Source: Methanothrix sp. (GTDB lineage: Archaea; Halobacteriota; Methanosarcinia; Methanotrichales; Methanotrichaceae). Taken from it: a DNA stretch of 29,203 nucleotides. The stretch spans positions 1-29,203 of the forward strand of contig JBAXWY010000035.1 in the NCBI GenBank assembly GCA_037128175.1, given 5' to 3'. Each line of letters begins with the position of its first letter. Within the stretch, counting starts at the first letter, position 1. The translations under genes were made by a program, and so were the position numbers. The notes beneath the pieces are model-generated. The model was not told where the DNA came from, searched no databases, and saw nothing but the letters and a program-made list of their open reading frames with translations. Below, piece by piece: positions 8,274 to 17,255 of the stretch.

Positions 8274-10247
8274 ATGGCAATACTTACATCAATTCAGGAT
8301 CTGGAGATCTTGAGAGATGAAATCGAACGCAACAGAGACCCCAGGAGAAAAGAGGTGGCAATCTGCACCGGCACCGGGTGTCTGGGCCTTGGTGCACGAA
8401 AGGTGGTCAGCGCCTTTGAAAGAGAGATTGAGAAAAGGGGTCTGGAGAGGGATATTCATATTAAGGAGACGGGATGTCCCGGCTTTTGCGAAAAGGGAAC
8501 TCTGGTAGTTGTATATCCAGAGGGAATCTATTACATGGGAGTGCAGCCGGATGATGTGCAGGAGATCGTGGAGGAGACCATTCTCAAAGGCGAGCTGGTG
8601 GCGCGCCTTCTTTACACAGATCCTGCCACCGGCCAAAAAGCAATACGGGAAGATGATATCCCATTTTATAATCATCAGATGCGATTTTTAATAAAAAATA
8701 ATATACAAATAAATCCCAAAAATATATACGACTACATCGCCCTGGGCGGTTATGCCGCTCTGACCCGTGCCTTATCGCAGATGACACCACTTGGGGTGAT
8801 TGAAGAGATTAAAAAGTCCGTTCTCAGAGGCAGGGGCGGAGGCGGATTTCCCACCGGGAAAAAATGGGAATCGACGGCGCAGTCTCCCGGCCAGCCCAAG
8901 TACGTGATCGTAAATTGCGATGAAGGAGACCCGGGTGCCTTCATGGATCGCGCTCTCATGGAGGGCAATCCGCATAGCGTTTTGGAGGGGCTGATGATTG
9001 GAGCCTATGCGGTTGGAGCGCATACTGGCTACATCTATGTGCGTATGGAGTATCCTCTGGCCGTGGAAAATGCCAAATTCGCCCTGCATCAGGCCCGAGA
9101 GCTGGGGCTTCTCGGCGAGAACATACTGGGCAGCGGATTTGATTTCGACGTATCCGTGCATAGGGGCGCGGGAGCCTTTGTCTCCGGAGAGTCAACCGCT
9201 CTCATGAGCGCCCTGGAGGGCAAAGTGGGCGAGCCCCGGCCCAAGTACGTACATACCTCGGAGTGTGGCGTCTGGAATCGACCGAGCGTCCTCAACAATG
9301 TGGAGACCTGGGCCAATATCCCTCTCATCATCAACCGGGGGGCCGAATGGTTTTCATCCATTGGAACGGAAAAAAGCAAGGGAACCAAGATCTTCTCGCT
9401 GGTCGGAAAGGTCAACAATACCGGTCTTGTGGAAGTTCCCATGGGCATGAGCCTGGCCGACATAATTTACAAGATAGGAGGCGGCATCCCTGGCGGAAAA
9501 AAGCTCAAAGGAGTGCAGACAGGAGGGCCCTCGGGAGGAATAATTCCGGCCCGGCATTTGCAGACCCCGGTTGATTTCGACGAGCTTACGAGCCTTGGCT
9601 CCATGATGGGCTCAGGCAGCATTATTGTCATCGACGAGGAGACCTGTGCTGTCGATTTGGCCCGCTACTTTGTGGACTTCCTATGCGACGAGTCCTGCGG
9701 CAAGTGCCTGCCCTGCCGGGAGGGCCTGTTACGAATGCGAGAGATTCTGGACGGCATAGTTTCCGGCAAAGGGCAGGAGGGCGACCTGCAAATTCTTAAG
9801 GAAATAGCCGACCTGATGAGAAAGACGTCGCTGTGTGCATTGGGCCTCACAGCCGTCAATCCGGTTTTAAGCACATTGTCCCACTTTCCCGATGAATATG
9901 CGGCCCATATAATCGAGAAAAGGTGCCCCTCTCTGGCTTGCAAAGCTCTTGTTTCGTATTATATCGAGCCGAAGGTCTGTATCGGCTGCGGCCTGTGCCA
10001 GAAGAACTGTCCAGAAGGAGCAATCGAGGAAGAGGAGGGCAGCAACTGTGTCATAGATCAATCCCACTGTACCAGATGCGGCATTTGCTTCGATGTCTGT
10101 CCGCCCAAAACCCGCGCAATCAAGAAGGTCTCCCCCGTACTTTCCCCGTCTTTTTCTTCTTCTTCCTCTTCTTCCTCTTCTTCCTCTTCTTCTTCCTCTT
10201 CCTCTTTGACCCGTTTAGGAAAGGCAAAAAGTGGTGATAAGGCATGA
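8274..10247 (+). CDS. NuoF/HydB-like FMN/NAD(P)H-binding subunit with N-terminal [2Fe-2S] and C-terminal 2x[4Fe-4S] domains
   Basis: CTGTGC...GCPGFC, LRGRGGGGFPTGKKW, NCDEGDPGAFMDR, GAGAFVSGESTAL, NNVET, GGPSGG, ESCGKCLPCREG, SLCALG, CIGCGLCQKNCP/CTRCGICFDVCP. Confidence 0.93.
   Translation: MAILTSIQDLEILRDEIERNRDPRRKEVAICTGTGCLGLGARKVVSAFEREIEKRGLERDIHIKETGCPGFCEKGTLVVVYPEGIYYMGVQPDDVQEIVEETILKGELVARLLYTDPATGQKAIREDDIPFYNHQMRFLIKNNIQINPKNIYDYIALGGYAALTRALSQMTPLGVIEEIKKSVLRGRGGGGFPTGKKWESTAQSPGQPKYVIVNCDEGDPGAFMDRALMEGNPHSVLEGLMIGAYAVGAHTGYIYVRMEYPLAVENAKFALHQARELGLLGENILGSGFDFDVSVHRGAGAFVSGESTALMSALEGKVGEPRPKYVHTSECGVWNRPSVLNNVETWANIPLIINRGAEWFSSIGTEKSKGTKIFSLVGKVNNTGLVEVPMGMSLADIIYKIGGGIPGGKKLKGVQTGGPSGGIIPARHLQTPVDFDELTSLGSMMGSGSIIVIDEETCAVDLARYFVDFLCDESCGKCLPCREGLLRMREILDGIVSGKGQEGDLQILKEIADLMRKTSLCALGLTAVNPVLSTLSHFPDEYAAHIIEKRCPSLACKALVSYYIEPKVCIGCGLCQKNCPEGAIEEEEGSNCVIDQSHCTRCGICFDVCPPKTRAIKKVSPVLSPSFSSSSSSSSSSSSSSSSSLTRLGKAKSGDKA
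10155..10205 (+). repeat. TCT/TCC microsatellite encoding 17 consecutive Ser near the NuoF C-terminus
   Basis: Pure pyrimidine run of TCT/TCC codons, read directly. Confidence 0.95.
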
Positions 10248-11719
10248 CCAGGTTGAAAATCAAGATCGATGGTCATGCGATTGAGATGGATGCTGGTCAG
10301 GCCACTATCCTGGAGGCGGCTAGGCTTGCCGGCATCCACATCCCGACGCTATGCCATCATCCTTCTCTCAAGCCCTATGGGTCTTGCCGGCTGTGCACTG
10401 TGCAAATCGTTAAAAATGGCCGGAAAAAGTTTGTCACCGCCTGCAACTATCCGGTAGAGGAGGGCCTTGTTGTAATTACCGATTCTGCGGAAGTGGCAGA
10501 CATCAGGAAGATGATCCTGGAGCTTCTCATAGCCCGATGCCCCCAGGAGAAGAGATTGCAGGAAATGGCCGGAGAATATGGGATTTTCAAGACACGCTTC
10601 TTGCCGGGGGATAAAAATTGCATCCTCTGCGGACTATGCTACCGGATCTGCGATGAGCTGGTGGGCGTCTCGGCCATAAATGCTCAAAATCGAGGAGTTT
10701 CCAGGGATGTAGATACGCCCTATGGAGAATTATCGGAAGACTGCATTGCATGCGGGGCCTGTGCCCTGGTCTGTCCCACGAAGTCCATACTGGAAAGAAA
10801 AAACATTTACCCGCTCTCCTCTGTCGATATCAAAGAGATGGAAGAGGAATTCCTGTGCGGAACGATTGATAATGATTTGGGTGTCAACAGGGAAATGTTT
10901 GCCGGCAAGAGCAACATTGAGGGGCAAGATGGAGGCATGGTAACCGCAATTCTCCAGCAAGGAATTGAGATGGGGCTCTTAGATGGGGCGGTGGTAGCCC
11001 AAAAAAATAAAAGCTGCGGCGCGAATGCTGCTTTTGTTGGTGAAACTGAATCGATTTGGCAGGCAAAGGGGACAAAATACGTGCGCGTCTCCGTCATCGC
11101 CCCGCTCCTGGAGGCCTTGAACCAGGGCAAAAGGAGAGTTGCCGTTGTCGGCACGCCCTGCCAGATCCGAACGGTCAGAAAATTGCAGAGGCAGGGCTAT
11201 TTTAATGATAAATTTCTGGACGCAGAAATATTTCTTATCGGCCTCTTCTGTTTCGAAAGCTTCGATTATGAATCCCTTAAAAGCCGCATGGGAGAGCTTT
11301 TCGGCGTAGATCTGGATAAGGCCGAAAAGATGCAGATTGCCAGAGGGAAATTCATAGTGACAGTAGGCGGCAAAGAGCACTCCTGCCCGGTGCGGGAGCT
11401 TAAGAACCAGGTGAGGGCAGGCTGCCCGTTTTGTGGTGATCTGGTCAACCGGCTGGCAGATATTTCCATAGGCTCGATTGGAAGCGCGGAAGGATACTCC
11501 ACGGTGATCGTCAGATCGGAGCGTGGGGCGCGGCTGTTGGAAGCGGCGTCGTTTGACCGAAAAGAGATAGACCGAGAAGAGATCATCAAGCTGGCTGCAA
11601 TTAAGAAGAAAAATGCAGATAAAAAATTTGCAGGGATCGTGGCCGGTCTGCCGGAACGATTTGAGACGGAGAAGAGGGAATGTGCAACTGTTTGCAGCAA
11701 TTTTGGAATATTATCTTGA
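10244..11719 (+). CDS. Fusion of NuoG/HydA-like N-terminal Fe-S domains ([2Fe-2S] + 2x[4Fe-4S]) and an FrhB/FdhB F420-binding domain
   Basis: IPTLCHH...GSCRLC...TAC; CILCGLCYRIC; CIACGACALVCPT; then QDGGMVTA, GTKY, VGTPCQI, IGLFCFESF, GCPFC.D....ADISIGSIG...GYSTVIVRS. ATGA overlap with the upstream gene. Confidence 0.9.
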   Translation: MTRLKIKIDGHAIEMDAGQATILEAARLAGIHIPTLCHHPSLKPYGSCRLCTVQIVKNGRKKFVTACNYPVEEGLVVITDSAEVADIRKMILELLIARCPQEKRLQEMAGEYGIFKTRFLPGDKNCILCGLCYRICDELVGVSAINAQNRGVSRDVDTPYGELSEDCIACGACALVCPTKSILERKNIYPLSSVDIKEMEEEFLCGTIDNDLGVNREMFAGKSNIEGQDGGMVTAILQQGIEMGLLDGAVVAQKNKSCGANAAFVGETESIWQAKGTKYVRVSVIAPLLEALNQGKRRVAVVGTPCQIRTVRKLQRQGYFNDKFLDAEIFLIGLFCFESFDYESLKSRMGELFGVDLDKAEKMQIARGKFIVTVGGKEHSCPVRELKNQVRAGCPFCGDLVNRLADISIGSIGSAEGYSTVIVRSERGARLLEAASFDRKEIDREEIIKLAAIKKKNADKKFAGIVAGLPERFETEKRECATVCSNFGILS

Positions 11720-11770
11720 ATCTCATTTCGCTCGAAAGATCTATACAGGAACAGGCCCAAACCCTGGTTC

Positions 11771-12082
11771 ATGGACTACTCATTCAAGCGAGGTTTCAAG
11801 CCCGATCTGGAGCGAATTCAAAAGGCTCTGGAAGAGGAGTTTCCGACAAAGATCAAGCAAGAGGACGGCAAACTTCTGCTCAGCTATGGAGCTCTTAAAA
11901 GCATTTGTGTGTCGATCACCGGCAAGAAGCTCACCGTGACCACAGAGTCGGTAATAGGTGCCAGCGACGAGCAAGCCATGGATACCAACAAGCACTTCCG
12001 AAATTTCCTGGAAAAAGCTACAGGCTACAACGCCAAGCAGAGGCTGCAGATGGCAAAAAAAGAGGTAACCAAAGGAGCCTGA
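11771..12082 (+). CDS. Conserved archaeal protein, DUF5611-like
   Basis: MDYSFKRGF..., SYGAL, FRNFLEKATGYNAKQR pattern recalled from this archaeal family. Confidence 0.7.
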   Translation: MDYSFKRGFKPDLERIQKALEEEFPTKIKQEDGKLLLSYGALKSICVSITGKKLTVTTESVIGASDEQAMDTNKHFRNFLEKATGYNAKQRLQMAKKEVTKGA

Positions 12083-12488
12083 TTGATGGGCGAGACAATC
12101 TTGCTGACCAAGGGTGACGTTAGGCCTCTTTCACTCACTCCAGCTTTGCGATCTATGCGGCTGCCTTTTGCGCCAGCACGACTGAGACTTGGCCTCATCG
12201 TACTCTTCTCGCGAATTGATGAATGAGCTCTTCGGTCTCGCTCTGCGGTGCATATCATACACTTCGATGGAGGTGTCATTTGCTCCCCGGCCAATGAGGC
12301 TATGTAGCTCCCGGAGCGCCTTCCTCCACGCGCGGGCTCGACCTCGAAGGGAGGAGAATTGCGCTTATTCAGGACGATCATAAAAACTACAAGATATAAT
12401 ATGATTATTACTTTTCTGAGATAGAAAAATTTTCAGATCCTGCTCCAGGCATGAATTTATAAGCTTGAAAAACTCAGGGCATCTTTAT

Positions 12489-13724
12489 ATGAGTGAAACA
12501 TCGGCCATTTCTGGTCAAGAGACCATTCAGGAGTCCTTCGTAAAGAGGATAAACGCTCTGCAGTCCGACAACAAGAACCTCGCCGAAGAGCTGGAGACAA
12601 CCAGGATGGAGAGGGAAGAGGTAAGAGCAAAGCTCTTCGAGTCCCTCATTGCCAACAAAAAATATCTGCGAGAGGTTGAGCGGCTGAAGAAAGAGAATAT
12701 ACTCCTCAAGAGGATGCCGCTGTTCCTGGCAACGGTTATGGAGATGGGGTCGGACTATGTCCTGCTCAGGCAACACGGCAATAATCAGGAGTTCATCACT
12801 ACCGCTCCGCCAGAGCTGACGGGGATAATCCAGACAAATTCTCGTGTGGCCATAAACAACTCTCTCACAATCGTTCGCGTCCTGGACCGTTCCGTGGATG
12901 TCCGGGCCAAAGTAATGGAGCTGATAGAGGCGCCCGATGTATCCTACGAACAGGTGGGCGGTCTGGAAAGCCAGATTCAAGAGATCAGGGAAACCGTGGA
13001 GCTGCCGCTCACGAATCCTGCTATCTTCAAGGAGATCGGCATAGAGCCACCCAGAGGCGTACTGCTCTACGGATTGCCGGGAACGGGCAAGACCATGCTC
13101 GCCAAGGCTGTAGCTCACGAATCCAGGGCCACTTTCATCCACATGTCCGGCTCGGAGCTGGTGCACAAGTTCATAGGAGAAGGCGCGCAGCTTGTTCGCG
13201 ATATCTTCCAGATGGCGCGCGAGAAGGCCCCCAGTATCATATTCATCGATGAGATCGACGCTGTGGGAAGCATCCGTACTCATGACGGCACCACGGGAAG
13301 TGCCGAGGTCAACCGCACTATGATGCAGCTTTTGGCGGAGATGGACGGATTTAGAACCAGGGGTGACATCAAGATCATCGCGGCCACGAACAGAATCGAT
13401 ATCCTGGATCCAGCTCTGCTGCGGCCAGGTCGCTTTGACAGGATCATTGAGATTCCCATGCCTTCCGCGGTTGGACGGCTCAAGATCCTGGAGATCCATT
13501 CCCAGAAGATGAAGAAGGATGAGGATGTGGATCTGGCGGAGATTGTCAAAGTCACCGAGGAAGCAAGCGGTGCCGACCTCAATGCCATTGTGGTTGAGGC
13601 AGGCATGAATGCTCTTCGTAGGGGCGCATCTTCGGTTGCCAAGAGTGATTTCGAGGTGGCAATCAGAAAGGTGCTCGGGGATGAGGTTGAAGGATCAGAA
13701 GAAGCCCTGCGGATGTTCTCTTAG
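12489..13724 (+). CDS. pan: Proteasome-activating nucleotidase (AAA+)
   Basis: N-terminal coiled coil, P.VSYEQVGGL..QIQEIRETVELPL, Walker A GLPGTGKT, Walker B IIFIDEID, ATNR.D.LDPALLRPGRFDR, C-terminal MFS (HbYX-like). Confidence 0.95.
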   Translation: MSETSAISGQETIQESFVKRINALQSDNKNLAEELETTRMEREEVRAKLFESLIANKKYLREVERLKKENILLKRMPLFLATVMEMGSDYVLLRQHGNNQEFITTAPPELTGIIQTNSRVAINNSLTIVRVLDRSVDVRAKVMELIEAPDVSYEQVGGLESQIQEIRETVELPLTNPAIFKEIGIEPPRGVLLYGLPGTGKTMLAKAVAHESRATFIHMSGSELVHKFIGEGAQLVRDIFQMAREKAPSIIFIDEIDAVGSIRTHDGTTGSAEVNRTMMQLLAEMDGFRTRGDIKIIAATNRIDILDPALLRPGRFDRIIEIPMPSAVGRLKILEIHSQKMKKDEDVDLAEIVKVTEEASGADLNAIVVEAGMNALRRGASSVAKSDFEVAIRKVLGDEVEGSEEALRMFS

Positions 13725-13750
13725 GCGGCAGTAAGCCGCTATTATTTTTA
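13725..13750 (+). terminator. Short hairpin plus T-rich tract after pan
   Basis: GCGGC-AGTAA-GCCGC followed by TATTATTTTT. Confidence 0.5.
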
Positions 13751-13866
13751 ATCCTTCTGATTTTCTATCTGCATTCCTCTGGGCGGTCTGCGGATCGTCT
13801 GCAACTCTGTATTGTCCTGAGAAGTCAGGAAACGTTTAAGTATTCTTTTTCCGATTCCATGCTCTG

Positions 13867-14790
13867 ATGAATCTTACAGCAATGGCAGGCATGACCGATC
13901 CGATTCTTCTGGCAAACTGGCTTCAACAAGCTGTGGATTCAACGACGGGCAGACATGTTGACCTGGTTTTTATCCAGATTCTGGCAAATACCATCAGCAG
14001 CATAGATTTAGCATCTACTTTTTTAAATATATTTTTTATAATAGTGATTGCACTTTTGACTCGCACCGCCGTTCGCATCGTAGACCGCATGCTGGTGAAT
14101 TATATTCCCACGGTGGTGAGCAAAGTGCAGATGAAGATGGACGAGACCATGCAGCTCATGATGCGTAGATTGGTTTCCGCCACTATCTACGTTATCGGCC
14201 TGATGCTTATCATCTATCAGATACCGCAGCTACAAAGCCTCGTCACCGCCGTACTCGCCGGCGCGGGTATCGCGGGTCTGGCCATCGGCTTTGCCGCCAA
14301 GGACTCTCTCTCCAACTTCACATCCAGCATCTTCATAGCTGTCTTCCAGCCCTTCCGGGTGGGTGATTCGGTGGACTTTCGGGGTGAATACGGCCAGATA
14401 GAGGATTTGACACTGAGGCATACGGTAATCAGAACTACCGACAACCGAAGAATCATTGTTCCCAATAGCGTTATGAGCATGGAGCCAATCATCAACTGGT
14501 CCATCAGGGATCCGGAGATAACCTGGATGGTGGACTTCGATTTGGAAAAGGCTTCCGACATCGACAGGGCCCGGGAGATTATCATAAAGGTTGCTCAGAG
14601 CCACCCCATGGTGCTGAAGGATAAGCCGCTAAACGTGCTGCTCATGAACTCCAGGTACTCGGAGCTGACGCTGCGCCTCGAGGTTCCTGTCCCCGGCAGA
14701 AACGTGGCAAAGGTTATCGGCTGCGATATTAGAGAGGCCGTCAAAAAGGAGTTCGAGGTAGCGGGGATACCACCAGCGCCCACGCCTTAA
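13867..14790 (+). CDS. mscS: Small-conductance mechanosensitive channel (MscS family)
   Basis: Transmembrane helices, AGIAGLAIGFAAKDSLSNF, PFRVGD, G.IEDLTLRHT.IRT.DN..I.VPNS. Confidence 0.93.
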   Translation: MNLTAMAGMTDPILLANWLQQAVDSTTGRHVDLVFIQILANTISSIDLASTFLNIFFIIVIALLTRTAVRIVDRMLVNYIPTVVSKVQMKMDETMQLMMRRLVSATIYVIGLMLIIYQIPQLQSLVTAVLAGAGIAGLAIGFAAKDSLSNFTSSIFIAVFQPFRVGDSVDFRGEYGQIEDLTLRHTVIRTTDNRRIIVPNSVMSMEPIINWSIRDPEITWMVDFDLEKASDIDRAREIIIKVAQSHPMVLKDKPLNVLLMNSRYSELTLRLEVPVPGRNVAKVIGCDIREAVKKEFEVAGIPPAPTP

Positions 14791-14897
14791 TTTGGCTTTT
14801 TAAATGCATTCAACAAAAATACGTATCTATATCAATTAGGCATTTTCATAGATGCTGAGCACAAAGATATTTATCGTTCATTGCCAATAGTGAAACT

Positions 14898-15086
14898 ATG
14901 GATATTGAGGCTGAGGTCGTGGAGATGAAGCAAATGCTCATTGACATCTCTAGAAGGATTGATGACGTGCTTGACGAGAGCATGACCGAAGAACTCATGA
15001 AGCTATCTGAGGAATCTATTCTGGAACTGTATGAGGATGAACCGGACCTCTATAGCGTCGCAGACTTAAAGGTAAGATACAAATGA
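14898..15086 (+). CDS. Putative antitoxin partner of the MazF/PemK toxin
   Basis: Small acidic 62-aa ORF ending EPDLYS..DLK..Y; ATGA overlap with the toxin gene. Confidence 0.7.
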   Translation: MDIEAEVVEMKQMLIDISRRIDDVLDESMTEELMKLSEESILELYEDEPDLYSVADLKVRYK

Positions 15087-15412
15087 AGGGAAAAATCATC
15101 CTGATACCTGTCCCTTACACAGATTTAACTGCTGCAAAGCTGCGGCCTGCGCTGGTCATCTTTGAGGGAAGGCGGGATTTGATTGTGGCCGCCATAACAA
15201 CGACAATGTTCAATGTATTTCCTGAATGGGATGTTTATATCGGCACGGAAGATCCAGAGTTTTATCAAACTGGCTTGAAGGCAGCATCCGTCCTAAAGCT
15301 GACCAAAATCTCAACTGTTCGCAAAGATCTGGCAGAAGGCGAGATAGGGAAGATCGATGGCGATCTGAGAGATGAAGTCAATCAAAAGATGAAGAGAATT
15401 TTCGAGATATGA
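15083..15412 (+). CDS. PemK/MazF-family toxin (endoribonuclease)
   Basis: KG.IILIPVPYTDL...KLRPALVI, AAITT, TGLK..S..K..KI.T. Confidence 0.88.
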   Translation: MKGKIILIPVPYTDLTAAKLRPALVIFEGRRDLIVAAITTTMFNVFPEWDVYIGTEDPEFYQTGLKAASVLKLTKISTVRKDLAEGEIGKIDGDLRDEVNQKMKRIFEI

Positions 15413-15541
15413 TGAAGCTTAGCCTCTAACCATTCATGTCTCCATGGCTGAAAAGTCGTGGCTCAATTGAAACGCCCATGAGCCCAGGCAGGGACTCACA
15501 CAGGACGGATGGAAAACAAGATCTATTGACATTATGAATTC

Positions 15542-15559
15542 AGTTTCCCATGGGAAACT
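15542..15559. repeat. Perfect 18-bp palindrome AGTTTCCCATGGGAAACT
   Basis: Self-complementary, in the intergenic region between convergent genes. Confidence 0.9.
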
Positions 15560-15697
15560 ATTGTATCTTGCTCGCAAGCAACAAACAGGGTGTGCTTTCC
15601 ATGACTAAAAAGCCGTAGCCTGGAAAATGCTGTTTTTTTATTCCAGAGGTACAAATCCACCCTGTGGAGGAATTGCATCCGATAATCCATCTAACTT

Positions 15698-16324
15698 CTA
15701 GATCCTTCGCCTGCGTGCCGAAAAAATTTCCTGAAACTTCAAAATCTCATCCCTTACATTCTCTTTGGCAACGACGCATGATATGGCGCACAGGCCGTCT
15801 GCCCCTGCTCTGACGACCTCGCCGGCATTGGAATAATTGATGCCGCCAATTGCGATCAGGGGAATCTCTACCCGGGCTCGGAGCTCTTCAATCAGTCTGA
15901 TGCCGGCGGGCTTTCCTGCATCAGGTTTTGTCGCCGTCTGGAAGATGGGCGAGACTCCCAGATAGTCGGCTCCCATGCTTTCCGCCTGCAGGGCTTCGGC
16001 AAGGCTATGGACAGTAACGCCGATGATCCTCTCCTGCCCCAGCAGTTTGCGGGCGACAAGGCATGGCATATCGGATTGGCCCAGATGGACGCCATCGGCA
16101 TCTGTTGCAAGGGCAATGTCTACACGATCGTTGATAAGAAAGATCGAGCCCGAGTCCCGGCATATCTCCCGCAGCCGCACGGCTTCCTCGTACATCTGCC
16201 GGGTTTCCGCGTTCTTGTTTCTGTACTGGACAACTTCCACCCCGCATGCTACGGCCTGCCGCACATCGCTTGAGTTCCCGGCCCGGCTTAATTCGGAGTC
16301 GGTTATGAAGTAGTATCCTTTCAC
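15698..16324 (-). CDS. thiE: Thiamine-phosphate synthase
   Basis: VQYRNK, INDRVDIALA..ADGVHLGQSD, DYLG..PIF.T.TK, AIGGI. Confidence 0.95.
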   Translation of the reverse strand: MKGYYFITDSELSRAGNSSDVRQAVACGVEVVQYRNKNAETRQMYEEAVRLREICRDSGSIFLINDRVDIALATDADGVHLGQSDMPCLVARKLLGQERIIGVTVHSLAEALQAESMGADYLGVSPIFQTATKPDAGKPAGIRLIEELRARVEIPLIAIGGINYSNAGEVVRAGADGLCAISCVVAKENVRDEILKFQEIFSARRRRI

Positions 16325-17115
16325 ACTTCGATCCTCTGCATACTCTTTACCGTTTCTGCATCAAGATTGTAAACGGCATCAAACAGCATTTCCTTGAAGC
16401 TGCCCGGCCCCTCTGCCTTTGCGGCCGCTATTTCTGCGGCTACCTCGTAGCAGACAAGACCGGCCACACAGGCAGCAACACCATCTTTTTCCACAGCGGC
16501 AAAGGTGCCAATAACTGAAGTGGCCATGCATCCCGTGCCCACAATATTTGCCATCATGATGTGGCCGTTCAACACCCTTACCACTCTTTTTTTATCGGCA
16601 ACAATATCCTCTTTGCCGGTGATAACCACGGTGCAGTTCCTTTTTTCGGCCAGGTCTCGCGCTACCTCCATCAGGTTCTTCTCAACCGCCGAGGCATCCA
16701 CGCCCCTGGTAGAAACGCTCTCCCCTGCCATGCGAGCTATCTCGGAAGAATTGCCCTTTATGATGCTCACCCTCACTTCATCCAGGATCTCAAAGCATTT
16801 ATCATCGCGAAATTTTGTGGCTCCAGCCCCGCAGACATCAAGGACCACAGGTATTCCCTTTTGGTTGGCACTTTTTCCGGCAAGGATCATGGCATCGACA
16901 AAATCAGTTGTCAGAGTGCCGATATTCAAAACCAGAGCGCAAGATATGCCTGCCATTTCGGCGACCTCTTCTCTGGCATGAGCCATGACCGGAGAGGCTC
17001 CAAATACCTTTACGATATTGGCACAGTCGTAAATAGTCACCCAGTTCGTCAGGTGGTGTATGAGCGGCTTTTCCTTTCTCACTCTTTCCAGGCAATCTGA
17101 TGCAATGCTTTTCAC
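16321..17115 (-). CDS. thiM: Hydroxyethylthiazole kinase
   Basis: PLIHHLTNWVT...AN, GASPVMA, NIGTL, IIKGN.SEI, GTGCM. GTG 17115 follows a GGAG RBS; overlaps the thiE start. Confidence 0.95.
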   Translation of the reverse strand: MKSIASDCLERVRKEKPLIHHLTNWVTIYDCANIVKVFGASPVMAHAREEVAEMAGISCALVLNIGTLTTDFVDAMILAGKSANQKGIPVVLDVCGAGATKFRDDKCFEILDEVRVSIIKGNSSEIARMAGESVSTRGVDASAVEKNLMEVARDLAEKRNCTVVITGKEDIVADKKRVVRVLNGHIMMANIVGTGCMATSVIGTFAAVEKDGVAACVAGLVCYEVAAEIAAAKAEGPGSFKEMLFDAVYNLDAETVKSMQRIEV

Positions 17116-17255
17116 GGGTAGTCTCCATTTTCTCAATCTAGTATCAAGTTAAAATGTTTTTCTGTTCACATCTCACATTGAAGTGATTAGAGCAAGATGC
17201 TTATACGTTAAAAAACTTAATTATGATGATAGTTATCCATAGTAGAGGGATTCTT

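Noticed and set aside
10058-10339. Minus-strand poly-Glu ORF and plus-strand poly-Phe ORF
   Set aside because: Alternative readings of the TCT/TCC microsatellite.
12083-12400. Small ORFs between the DUF5611-like gene and pan
   Set aside because: Coding-like composition but no recognisable family in any frame; possibly a remnant, not supportable.
12474-13499. 341-aa antisense ORF (similarly 1174-2157 and other long shadow ORFs)
   Set aside because: Lies opposite well-conserved genes; no motifs; typical codon-bias shadow.
17116-17255. TPP riboswitch upstream of thiM
   Set aside because: Short AT-rich spacer without the CTGAGA/ACCTG core motifs.
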